A DNA stretch of 64,000 nucleotides from a virus (lineage: Duplodnaviria > Caudoviricetes): positions 13,690-77,689 of the IMG/VR virus record IMGVR_UViG_3300033068_000427; one strand, written 5' to 3'. This document shows positions 9,295 through 17,981 of this stretch, in pieces. How positions within the stretch are numbered: the first letter of the stretch is position 1; every line of letters starts with the position of its first letter. A program made the position numbers and the translations under genes. The notes under the pieces were generated by a model. That model saw nothing but the letters and a program-made list of their open reading frames with translations. It searched no databases and was not told the DNA's origin.

Positions 9295-9485
9295 ACACCA
9301 ACCACCTTACAGCAGAAGAAATTACCAACTACATCCTGAACGGGACTATTGAAAAGCTTGAAGGGAAAGAGCTTACACGTTACGTCAATTCTCTAGTCTC
9401 CGATATTGAGAAACACATTAATGAGGCGTATGAAGATGGTTACGAAACAGCCCGAGATGAATTTACTTGCGAGTGTGATTGCTAA
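9291..9485 (+). CDS. Hypothetical protein
   Basis: ATGA-coupled ORF. Confidence 0.6.
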   Translation: MNTNHLTAEEITNYILNGTIEKLEGKELTRYVNSLVSDIEKHINEAYEDGYETARDEFTCECDC

Positions 9486-9503
9486 AGGTGTTGCTACGCT
9501 ATC

Positions 9504-9611
9504 AAAGTTATTAGTATTTTAAGGCTTAAATCGACGATCTACAGCCACCCTAGGCGATGGGGTGGCTTCTTATCAAATCGAGCTATTTTCCTCTTAAAAC
9601 ATAATAACTTT
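9504..9611. other. Nested inverted-repeat element (possible structured RNA or terminator)
   Basis: Outer arms AAAGTTATTA/TAATAACTTT and TTTTAAG/CTTAAAA enclose inner hairpin AGCCACCCT-AGGCGAT-GGGGTGGCT. Confidence 0.5.
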
Positions 9612-9650
9612 AGCTGTTTCAATTGATGCTACACGGACAGGAACGACAAG

Positions 9651-10010
9651 ATGCGCGTATTCACAGAAGAAGAACGTAAAGCAGGCCAAGAAAAGCGTAA
9701 GAAGAAGATCGAAGAGTGGAAAGCTTACGCTGAAGAACACCACGAAGATTTTGGTGATGATATGAAGTGGTGGGAGGCTGCTGCTCGTGAGATTGGATTT
9801 AGGCTCCCTCCTGATTACGTTCCAAACACAGAGACAAAATACTACAGGAAGTTTCTGAAGCACACAGGAAAGGATATTCAATGGTGGCGTGATGTCACTG
9901 GTTGTGCCACCATTGAAGAGTATGTTAAGATGAATCCTACTTGGAGCTGCAGAGGCTTGATTGGCACTTTGCTCGAAGCGATTAAAGAGGAGAACAGCAA
10001 TGCACGATAA
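9651..10010 (+). CDS. Hypothetical protein
   Basis: 119-aa ORF with phage-like composition. Confidence 0.65.
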   Translation: MRVFTEEERKAGQEKRKKKIEEWKAYAEEHHEDFGDDMKWWEAAAREIGFRLPPDYVPNTETKYYRKFLKHTGKDIQWWRDVTGCATIEEYVKMNPTWSCRGLIGTLLEAIKEENSNAR

Positions 10011-10527
10011 AGATATCTGGAGCGAAGCACCAGAAGACGCCACCCACTACCTACCGGAACAACCTCACCTAGACTGGGTTGAATGCTGGTATAAGAAGAT
10101 TGGTAATGACTGGTGGGTGCTTGACTGCGAATCAGCCCGTATTGGGTATATGGATTGGATGGTTGATGATGAATTTGTTGAAGTATTTGAACCCTTGCTC
10201 ATTCGCCGCCCTATCCCTTTCATCCCAGAAGACGCTGTAGAAGTACGTTGTAACGGTTGGAGTGATTGGCAAATTGGCACACTCAAATACAAGAGTGATG
10301 AGTATGTGATTGTTCTACACGAAGATGGCGAGCAGATTTACGTTCCTTACCAATCGGGATTTGAAATGCGCGCCCCTATGAGTGAGGAAGATAAGCAACG
10401 TCAGAAAGTGATTTCAGAAATGGAGAAGGTGCTGAATATCCATACAGACACCATCTCAGATGAGGACATTGAGTTGGTTTGTAAAGTGCTTTATGATGAG
10501 TGGTATTGCAAACAGAATTGTGAGTAG
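10000..10527 (+). CDS. Hypothetical protein (start reassigned to ATG 10000)
   Basis: GAGGAG RBS; W..APEDATHY N-terminal motif is common in phage proteins. Confidence 0.65.
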   Translation: MHDKDIWSEAPEDATHYLPEQPHLDWVECWYKKIGNDWWVLDCESARIGYMDWMVDDEFVEVFEPLLIRRPIPFIPEDAVEVRCNGWSDWQIGTLKYKSDEYVIVLHEDGEQIYVPYQSGFEMRAPMSEEDKQRQKVISEMEKVLNIHTDTISDEDIELVCKVLYDEWYCKQNCE

Positions 10528-10529
10528 CT

Positions 10530-10748
10530 ATGACTCAGACATTTAGAGATTTCCTAGAACGTCTGACAGACGAGCAGAAAGAACAAATCATCAACGAAAG
10601 CATTAGGGTGCAAAATATGGCGTTTGATAAAACTGGTGAAGATGAGTCTGATTCCTTTTCAGAAGATTGGTTTGAGGACGACGAGCTTAATCACAAGATC
10701 GACAATATGCTTATGAACGGAGACTTGGGTGGAGATGTGATAGCGTAA
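10530..10748 (+). CDS. Hypothetical acidic protein
   Basis: ORF in operon. Confidence 0.6.
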   Translation: MTQTFRDFLERLTDEQKEQIINESIRVQNMAFDKTGEDESDSFSEDWFEDDELNHKIDNMLMNGDLGGDVIA

Positions 10749-10779
10749 CCCTTACCCCTAAGTACAACCGATCCTACAC

Positions 10780-10806
10780 AGCCCTCTTGATTGAGGGCTT
10801 TCTTTT
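10780..10806 (+). terminator. Rho-independent terminator
   Basis: AGCCCTC-TTGATT-GAGGGCT then TTTCTTTT. Confidence 0.7.
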
Positions 10807-10815
10807 GGAGACAGA

Positions 10816-10950
10816 ATGACGAACAAAGTAGAAGTCTTAGATGCAATTATGGGAAGTGGTAAGACACAAGGGGTGATTAAATGGATGATAGAAAACCCCT
10901 CAAATAAATACTTGTATATCAGCCCTATGCTCACAGAAGTGGAGGAATAG
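10816..10950 (+). pseudogene. 44-aa N-terminal remnant of a P-loop (SF2-like) helicase/ATPase
   Basis: GGAG RBS; MTNKVEVLDAIMGSGKTQ...KYLYISPMLTEVEE* contains Walker A and motif Ia, then stops. Confidence 0.7.
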
Positions 10951-11130
10951 TTAAACAAATGCATATGAATTGATTGAAATGGGAGCTAAAGAGCGACGAC
11001 ATAGACCAACGATCTGTGATATAATCTAACGACAAACAGAAGCTCCTTTGTCTGAGCTTTTTGATTTGTATTACGTCCAGCGGGTGTCCGCTTTACAAAT
11101 GTAATTTCCTACTAAATGAGGATCACTTAA

Positions 11131-13632
11131 ATGAAACAACAAAATAAGCTTGCACCTACAAAGGAGCAACAAGACATCATCAACACTTTTAAGACAACTC
11201 GCGTGCTTAAAGTGAATGCTTGTGCTGGTAGCGGCAAAGAACAGCCAATCAGTTGCACGGTCAAAACTCCCCAAGGGGATAAGAAGATTGGTAATTTGGA
11301 AGTTGGGGATGTAATATTTGGGAGAGCCGGTAATCCAATCAAAGTCACAGGAGTGTTCCCTCAAGGAGTAAAGGACGTATATGAAGTTATTTTCCGTGAT
11401 GGGTCTAGGACTCGCTGTGGGATCAATCACAATTGGTCTGTCAATACGACGACTATGCGCGACCGTTCAAAGTTCAAAACTATGACACTTGCTCAAATGA
11501 TGGAGTTCGGTATTCGTAACGGAGAGGGTAATTGTAAAATGAAAATCCCCCTCACTGCTCCAGTAGAGTATGAACAAAAAAGACTTATTCTACATCCATA
11601 CATTCTGGGCGCTTTTCTTGGGGACGGTAGCTATACTGGACATTCGCCGTCACTCAGTTATCATGCCGACGATTACTATATCTATGATAAAGTGAAAGAA
11701 CTTTTTCTTAAAGATCACAATATCATCCTCAACGGAACACCACGGAACACCAGCGCCCTTGGTCGGCAGGTTACTCTTATCGTTGATTCCAAAAACACGG
11801 CAAATCCGGTTACAGGGATTATCAGAAAGCTAGGTATTGACTCCAGTTGTAAGCATGTCCCTAGTGAGTATCTTCACGGGTCAGTTGAGCAACGCCTTGA
11901 ACTACTTCGCGGACTAATGGACACAGACGGGAGCATCCGAGAAAATCGTGTTAGTTTTTCAAATACTAATCTTGGTATTATTGAGGCAGTAAAGTCGTTA
12001 GTACAAAGTCTTGGTGGTACGGCTATTCAGAACAAAACGGACGCTCGGAAAGGGACTTCAGATTGTTACTCACTTAATATTAAAATGTTTATTAACCCAT
12101 TTAGCCTTCCGAGGAAGGCTAGTAAGTGGTCGTGTTCACAAAAGAATCCTCCTAGTCGCTATATTACAGAAATTAATAAACTGGACTATCAAGAAGAACA
12201 AGTGTGTATCTCTGTTGATGCTGAGGATAGTCTGTACCTTACTGATGAGTTTATTGTCACGCACAACACTACCATGCTGAAGATGTTGGCTAATGATAAC
12301 CAACAACCATCGCTTTATATCTGCTTCAACAAATCTGTAGCAGAAGAGGCTCGTGAGAAGTTTCCCAACCACGTTGAGTGCCGCACTACACACTCACTAG
12401 CTTATGCTGAACACGGGAAACATATTGCACATAAACTAAAACGCCCAGTTGGAACTTATCGCAACGTTGCTGGTACTTCTTCTGAGATTGCTAAATATTA
12501 TCGAATCTCTGATTACCATATTGGTAATGACGAAATTAAAGCTACCACTATTGCAAGCTTCGCACGTACTGCTGTAGAGCGATTCCAATGTAGTACAGAA
12601 GAGAAGTTCTCTAGCAAGCTTCTTCCCTACTATGAAATCACCACACTTAAAAAGAACCACCCTGCACTAGATATTAAAGACTTTGGAACAGTGGTGCTGA
12701 AATACGCTCGGAAGCTTTGGATGGACAGGACTAACCCTGCATCAGAAGTGATTTGTACACCAGACACTTATCTAAAGCTGTGGCAACTGTCTAAGCCAGT
12801 TCTGAACTACGACATCATCTATGTGGATGAAAGCCAGGATAGTAACCCAACCGTCCTAGATGTCGTTCGTCGTCAGACACAAAGTAAGGTTTGCTATGTT
12901 GGTGATACACACCAATCTATTTATCAGTTTCGTGGTGCTGTAAATGCTATGGAACTAATTGATGCACCGTCACTTACACTGTCTAAGTCTTTCCGTTATG
13001 GGCAGAAGATCGCAGATGTAGCCAACTGGCTTATTGGTGATGAAATGGAAGTGAAGGGGCTTGAATCTATTAACTCAATTGTGAAAGATGTTGCCTCAGA
13101 CCAATATACAATGATCTTCCGAACTAATGGTGCACTATTTGAGCGTGCTGTGGACTTGATTGCACAAGGGAAGGAAGTGTTTTGTGAAGTAGACACAAAA
13201 GGATTTATTAAGAAGCTCGAAAGTGCTGATTCACTTTACCGTAAGAATTTCACTGGAGTAAAGCATGAGGACATTACTCCTTACAGCAGTTGGTCTGACT
13301 TGAAGACTGCCTCTGAAGAGGAACCAGAGCTAAAGCGTCTTGTACGGATTGTAGAAAGCAAGCAGACAACGAAGTATGTCTCCACCCTTAGTAATCTAAA
13401 GAGTAAGGCTGGAGCTAGCATCTTACTCACTACAGCACACAAGAGTAAAGGGATGGAGTGGGATAACGTGATTGTAGCTGATGACTTCCCTATTAAACCC
13501 TGTATGCAAGACAACACGAACACACAAGAAATCAACCTATTCTACGTTGCTGTCACTCGTGCTATCAAAACACTACAACTACCTTATGAAATTCAAGAGA
13601 TGTTTGAGGAATTAGAAGATGAACGAGAGTGA
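11131..13632 (+). CDS. UvrD/Rep-like SF1 helicase precursor containing an intein (about 490-aa extein)
   Basis: ACAGSGK|TT Walker A split by intein; IYVDESQD, VGDTHQSIYQFRGA, LSKSFRYG, TTAHKSKGMEWD, NLFYVAVTRA. Confidence 0.92.
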   Translation: MKQQNKLAPTKEQQDIINTFKTTRVLKVNACAGSGKEQPISCTVKTPQGDKKIGNLEVGDVIFGRAGNPIKVTGVFPQGVKDVYEVIFRDGSRTRCGINHNWSVNTTTMRDRSKFKTMTLAQMMEFGIRNGEGNCKMKIPLTAPVEYEQKRLILHPYILGAFLGDGSYTGHSPSLSYHADDYYIYDKVKELFLKDHNIILNGTPRNTSALGRQVTLIVDSKNTANPVTGIIRKLGIDSSCKHVPSEYLHGSVEQRLELLRGLMDTDGSIRENRVSFSNTNLGIIEAVKSLVQSLGGTAIQNKTDARKGTSDCYSLNIKMFINPFSLPRKASKWSCSQKNPPSRYITEINKLDYQEEQVCISVDAEDSLYLTDEFIVTHNTTMLKMLANDNQQPSLYICFNKSVAEEAREKFPNHVECRTTHSLAYAEHGKHIAHKLKRPVGTYRNVAGTSSEIAKYYRISDYHIGNDEIKATTIASFARTAVERFQCSTEEKFSSKLLPYYEITTLKKNHPALDIKDFGTVVLKYARKLWMDRTNPASEVICTPDTYLKLWQLSKPVLNYDIIYVDESQDSNPTVLDVVRRQTQSKVCYVGDTHQSIYQFRGAVNAMELIDAPSLTLSKSFRYGQKIADVANWLIGDEMEVKGLESINSIVKDVASDQYTMIFRTNGALFERAVDLIAQGKEVFCEVDTKGFIKKLESADSLYRKNFTGVKHEDITPYSSWSDLKTASEEEPELKRLVRIVESKQTTKYVSTLSNLKSKAGASILLTTAHKSKGMEWDNVIVADDFPIKPCMQDNTNTQEINLFYVAVTRAIKTLQLPYEIQEMFEELEDERE
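11239..12267 (+). mobile_element. Intein (343 aa) with LAGLIDADG endonuclease, class 3-like
   Basis: Starts EQP..., block B CGINHNW, LGAFLGDGS and LRGLMDTDGS, block F EQVCISV, ends VTHN followed by Thr+1. Confidence 0.9.
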
Positions 13633-14464
13633 GGGTATTGATTACTTTGAACTAGAGGATTCACACTTTAGTGAGTTTGAAGAACAGTGTAAGTCTCTTG
13701 TCTTGACTGACAAACAGAAACGTGATCTTCAGATTGAAGCACTAACTAATAACAATCGTGAAATTAAAGCACTAAGAGAAAAGCAACTTCTTATCCTACA
13801 AGGACTATCAGATAAGGAGAAGCTAAATAAACTCTATGATAGTGTCTGTAAGGCTCATAAAGGGATTCTCCAAGAAGACGGGACACTACCGGAAGTATTG
13901 ACAGCCTGCTTTGATGGTGAGTTAGATGATCTTGAATTCCTGTTAGCAAACAGACACACCAGTTTTTATAAATGTGTTGATGTGTTCCTAAAATATAAGG
14001 ATCACCCTGTACAAAAAGAATTGGTGAAGAATAAGGCTGTTTCTTTGCGTGGTGTAAAGAAGAGTAAGACAGCTCATCAACATATGTCCTATATGCACTC
14101 AGGAAAGGATGTGTACAGTAGACAGAAGAAGTTGGAGAAGCAGCTTGATGAGCTTCAAGAAAGGTTAGCACTGAATGAGAGAATTACTACTAGTATCCTT
14201 ACACAACAAACACTACTTACAGAGTGCGTGATTGGGGTTAAGACTGATGTAGATCAATTAGCTGCCAAGCTTAAAGGTAAGATTACAGACATGCGCAAGG
14301 CCGCTGCTTACAGTCTCTTAAAGAATGACCCTAAAGCCACTAACTCATCTGTTGCTAAAGTGTTTGATGTAGACCGTAAGACAATCCGTAAGTGGGTAAA
14401 GGAAGTACAACTTCTACTAGACGAAGATGGAGTTCTTGAAAGTGGGGAAAAAGTTCCCACCTAA
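13619..14464 (+). CDS. Coiled-coil protein with C-terminal helix-turn-helix (putative DNA-binding)
   Basis: TNSSVAKVFDVDRKTIRKWV is an HTH pattern; heptad-rich middle region. Confidence 0.6.
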   Translation: MNESEGIDYFELEDSHFSEFEEQCKSLVLTDKQKRDLQIEALTNNNREIKALREKQLLILQGLSDKEKLNKLYDSVCKAHKGILQEDGTLPEVLTACFDGELDDLEFLLANRHTSFYKCVDVFLKYKDHPVQKELVKNKAVSLRGVKKSKTAHQHMSYMHSGKDVYSRQKKLEKQLDELQERLALNERITTSILTQQTLLTECVIGVKTDVDQLAAKLKGKITDMRKAAAYSLLKNDPKATNSSVAKVFDVDRKTIRKWVKEVQLLLDEDGVLESGEKVPT

Positions 14465-14533
14465 AGTGTTAAATTTCTCTAGTAATACAAGTGTTATATA
14501 AGAAAAATATCACACCCCAATTTTATTTTCTAC

Positions 14534-14571
14534 AAGGCACTCTCTTTAGGTAGGTTAGAGTGCCTTTTCTT
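14534..14571 (+). terminator. Rho-independent terminator ending the + strand block
   Basis: AAGGCACTCT...AGAGTGCCTT followed by TTCTT. Confidence 0.65.
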
Positions 14572-14744
14572 GTGCACAAACGATGTGTAAATCTTAAAAC
14601 CCCAAAATCCCACACCCCTATTTTGAGAAGTCGTAATTCTCTTGTAAGGTTTGTAATCATAGGTGGAAAATATCTTATTGGCAAATACCACTTCTTCAGG
14701 TGATTGGTTAGTGTGGAAGGAGAATTAATACAGTCTAGAAAACA

Positions 14745-14906
14745 CCAGCTATACAGGAGCATTGATGTTAGAAACGTAGGATTGATATCTGAGGTGCTAT
14801 AGTGTCCCTAGGTCTGTGACCACCACCTCCTTCCATTTTTATGCACAAGAGTTTTTAGAAGGACTTTCTTTTATATTGGAAAATATCCAGATATACAGGA
14901 GCATTG
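14745..14906. repeat. 20-bp direct repeat pair in the non-coding zone
   Basis: CCAGCTATACAGGAGCATTG (14745-14764) and CCAGATATACAGGAGCATTG (14887-14906), 19/20 identical. Confidence 0.8.
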
Positions 14907-15829
14907 TTTGACACTCCGCACACCCCACCTCCCCATCTACCCTTTGATTTTCAAATATCCAACCGACCCGATCAGCCCTCCTAGAAGCCCCTTACAGGCC
15001 CACCAGCAGATTATCCTCATCATACCCATAACCACCTATTGGATGGTGCTATCGAGTCCCCACAGCCCTTACAGGGCCTCCTAGCTCTGTCTGTTACCAA
15101 ATCTCTATCCTCCTTTGACTCCTATAGGCTGCGGTGCTAGAACCATGCTGACGCCTAGGTTGTCGAGGGCTGTGACCTGGACATGTCGCCAAGACAGCCG
15201 ACCATACCTACCTACCTTCACTTGTCAAGATCATGATCTATCCTTTGCGATAATGAACGATGCTCACCTTGAGTCGTCTCCAATGTGCATTATCCGATAT
15301 TGTATATAGTCGGAAATGAGTAGGCGTGAATTCATCTCAAGGAATGTTCATAGACGCTATTAGACCACGACAGTCGGCTAGACACTGGCTGAGCGTATCT
15401 GTGGTTAACACACTTTGACTGAGAATGCAAGGATGTTGTAAAGGATGGATAGTTAGAGAAGTTTATAGTTATTAAAGTGTGTAAATGATGTAAAGGAAGG
15501 GTGTTTGAGAAGGGGATAGGTGGAGGAAATTGGAGGAGGGAGGTTGTAGGGAGTAAAGCGGCTTAACAAATTAGTACGAATCGGCCCAATAAAGCCCGGT
15601 AAGGATTGATAACAAACAAAGTGGAATCGACTACATACCATGCGCTAACAGTGGTCGATCCATGCCTCAGCTCCATGGTGCAAGATGACTTCTCGTGCGG
15701 CTTTGGCTTGTATTCCTGTGCCAGAACACTACTCACATATAGTGGGTGCGTTGTTAATAAGACACTAGGCGAAGATACTAGGTGAAAGGTGATGGTAATA
15801 CCTTCTTGTCCTATAGGGTATATAAACGG

Positions 15830-15855
15830 AAAAAGCCCATCATCCGATGGGCTTT
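15830..15855 (-). terminator. Rho-independent terminator
   Basis: AAAGCCCATC-ATCC-GATGGGCTTT with A-tract on the left. Confidence 0.75.
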
Positions 15856-15908
15856 GCTTGTTCTAGAGGATTATGGATGTCCCGCGTGGAACATCGAGGA
15901 CGGAAACG

Positions 15909-15936
15909 AAAAGCCCCCCAATTAAGGGGGCTTTTT
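15909..15936. terminator. Bidirectional Rho-independent terminator
   Basis: AAAAGCCCCC-CAATTAA-GGGGGCTTTT. Confidence 0.8.
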
Positions 15937-15963
15937 AGCATCACAACCAGATACCTTGTTTTT

Positions 15964-16059
15964 TCATTGCTTCCCCCCTGTACGCTTAAGGCATTCTGCT
16001 GCGAAGGTGTAAACGATGAGGCAGGCGGTGATAGTGGCTAGAATTTCGTGAGGGTACAT
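15964..16059 (-). CDS. 31-aa putative membrane peptide (not in ORF track)
   Basis: AAGGAG RBS; MYPHEILATITACLIVYTFAAECLKRTGGKQ; promoter-like TTGGCT-16-TAGAAT upstream (16102-16129). Confidence 0.55.
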   Translation of the reverse strand: MYPHEILATITACLIVYTFAAECLKRTGGKQ

Positions 16060-16371
16060 TGTGTTACTCCTTTGTCTTGCGTTGATTGAGTAAATGTTTC
16101 CATTCTAAGCGCCTGCTAGTGCAAGCCAAGCGCCTATGATTGAAACATCAGTGGTAATCAATTATGGGTTTTATCTCACCCTCAAAGCAATATACGACAT
16201 CAGTATATATATCCCCATCTGTTTCAGCTTGTCACCAAGGGGCTCCCCGTTCCCCAGATTAACGTATACCATCTGGGTCATGGTGTTTCTGTGCGAGCCA
16301 CACATAAAGCTAAAGCTTTCAAGATAAATTACAGTATAAGTTTTTATTTTGACCTCCGTTTGTCCTAAGCC

Positions 16372-16734
16372 TTAGAAATTCGCCCAGATAATGCAGTCAT
16401 CCTCGAATACCATCACAGCGGCATGTTCTTGCAAGAACTCTTTTACAGCTTCCAGCTTTTCGTCATCGTCCATTTCTTCCCAATCGGATTGATGGATATT
16501 CCATTCGGAGTAATGCTGCAGCTCCTCGAAGGCGGCGCCGGAGCTAATGGCGTGGCTATACTCACAGCACCAGCCGACGATGTCCACCTCAATATCTTCA
16601 CCGATGTCGTCGGAAAGATTTTCCATTGCTTCAGCAAGCAAGCGCCAGCCCTTAGCGCCGAAGTTATCAAGGCGACCGTAGTCAACGGCGAGCTGTACAA
16701 CGTAGTCTGCGGCGGCGGTGATTTTGAGAGCCAT
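16372..16734 (-). CDS. Acidic early protein of unknown function
   Basis: 120 aa, very D/E-rich; GRLDNF...DIVGWCCEYS pattern resembles a recurrent phage family. Confidence 0.7.
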   Translation of the reverse strand: MALKITAAADYVVQLAVDYGRLDNFGAKGWRLLAEAMENLSDDIGEDIEVDIVGWCCEYSHAISSGAAFEELQHYSEWNIHQSDWEEMDDDEKLEAVKEFLQEHAAVMVFEDDCIIWANF

Positions 16735-16784
16735 TTTGATGATCCTTTGTGTTGTGTGGGGGTAGCTTGATAGTAGTGTTTAAC

Positions 16785-16970
16785 TTAGCTGCTGACCATG
16801 TCCTGTGCTGTAGACTTTGCATCTTCAAAGTCGTATGCAAAGCAATCAGCCTCTGCAATATGGGTTCCTTCAATCCACAACTCAACTTGGTACTCTTCCC
16901 ACTCGTGATCGTAACGGATTTTTGCAACCTTTCTAGCATCTTTTGACTTTACGATTGCTTTGTGGATCAT
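16785..16970 (-). CDS. Hypothetical early protein
   Basis: AGGAG RBS; EYQVEL...Y..D.EDAK.TA pattern. Confidence 0.7.
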   Translation of the reverse strand: MIHKAIVKSKDARKVAKIRYDHEWEEYQVELWIEGTHIAEADCFAYDFEDAKSTAQDMVSS

Positions 16971-17006
16971 CTTAAAAACTCCTGCGCTTGCTGATTTGTT
17001 GAGGTG

Positions 17007-17035
17007 ATTATTGGTTGTTTATTTGTTGCTGTCAA
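17007..17035 (-). promoter_or_regulatory. sigma70-like early promoter
   Basis: TTGACA-17 bp-AATAAT on - strand. Confidence 0.65.
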
Positions 17036-17151
17036 GCCTTTGTTTTCAGAATTTTTACAATCCAGTTACCTTGTTCTTTGCTTAGACTAACACGCTTTCC
17101 TGCTTTTGCGTGTGTCCATGCTAGTGCGAAAGCTTGTTGTTGTGCGTTCAC
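17032..17151 (-). CDS. 39-aa basic peptide (not in ORF track)
   Basis: AAGGAG RBS, GTG start; MNAQQQAFALAWTHAKAGKRVSLSKEQGNWIVKILKTKA. Confidence 0.55.
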   Translation of the reverse strand: MNAQQQAFALAWTHAKAGKRVSLSKEQGNWIVKILKTKA

Positions 17152-17200
17152 CTTTAGCTCCTTTTGCAGCTTGTGCTGCGTTGTTTGCTTTGGTGTGTTC

Positions 17201-17228
17201 AGTATACGCAGCTAAGAAAATGAGTCAA
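17201..17228 (-). promoter_or_regulatory. sigma70-like early promoter
   Basis: TTGACT-16 bp-TATACT on - strand. Confidence 0.65.
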
Positions 17229-17384
17229 AGACCAAAAGCGCATAAAGAGCTAAGTCCTTATACGCTTTCGATAAATCAGCATTCCCTATGAATGAACATA
17301 TGCGCGCGAATACCGCAGTTTTGGTTGCTTGTCAATAGGTATTCTTGTGTAGGTCACCCCTGGCATTCTGTTATTGATTAGGGA

Positions 17385-17581
17385 AAATCTGGGACATCCT
17401 CAGCCATTTTTCAATTAGCCGATTTCTGAAACGCTCTCACCCATTTTATGATACACACTATGATACCCCATTTTTGAATTACGAATTTTCTGGAAAGGAT
17501 TCAGCATTTTTCATTAGGCATTTTCTGGAAGAGTCTCACCAATTTTAGGTTATCTATTTTCTGGATAATACTCAGCCATTT
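17385..17581. repeat. Degenerate ~35-36-bp period repeat array, 5 copies
   Basis: Consensus TTTTCTGGA(A)-n5-TCA(G/C)C(C/A)ATTT(T) starting at about 17385, 17421, 17486, 17521, 17557. Confidence 0.7.
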
Positions 17582-17942
17582 ACACAGTGTATTCAACGAC
17601 CTTTATCCCAGCCTCTTTAATCAAAGCTTGGCACAAAGGACAAGGAGCTGAGTGTACGGGATTTCCTTCGCTATCCACCCTTACAACCACAATCTTATAC
17701 GCTTTCGCTCCATCTTTCAAGCTGTAAATAGCCTTACATTCAGCGTGCCAGAACACCTTATCAGGAAGACCAACACGCTCTCCAGCTCTTTTCATCTTAG
17801 GAGATGTTTTTATGTAGGAATTTCCACCTTCTGCTAAAATTCTTCCACGCTTACCGGTGATTACAGCGTAGTGCCTTTGTTGACCTTTCTTGTAGGGTGT
17901 TTCACAGGCTTTTTGTATTGCGTAGGAAATTAACTTGCTCAT
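17580..17942 (-). CDS. Small zinc-dependent cytidine-deaminase-fold protein
   Basis: WHAECKAI and SAPCPLCQ deaminase motifs. Confidence 0.75.
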   Translation of the reverse strand: MSKLISYAIQKACETPYKKGQQRHYAVITGKRGRILAEGGNSYIKTSPKMKRAGERVGLPDKVFWHAECKAIYSLKDGAKAYKIVVVRVDSEGNPVHSAPCPLCQALIKEAGIKVVEYTV

Positions 17943-17981
17943 ATAGCGTTTACGAACACATAGTTTACGATCATTCTGGAT

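Noticed and set aside
14523-16327. 60-79-aa ORFs in the non-coding convergence zone
   Set aside because: No RBS, atypical composition, overlap terminators and repeats
17385-17581. Possible CRISPR array
   Set aside because: Repeats are degenerate, linkers only about 10 nt and no cas genes; kept as a non-CRISPR repeat array
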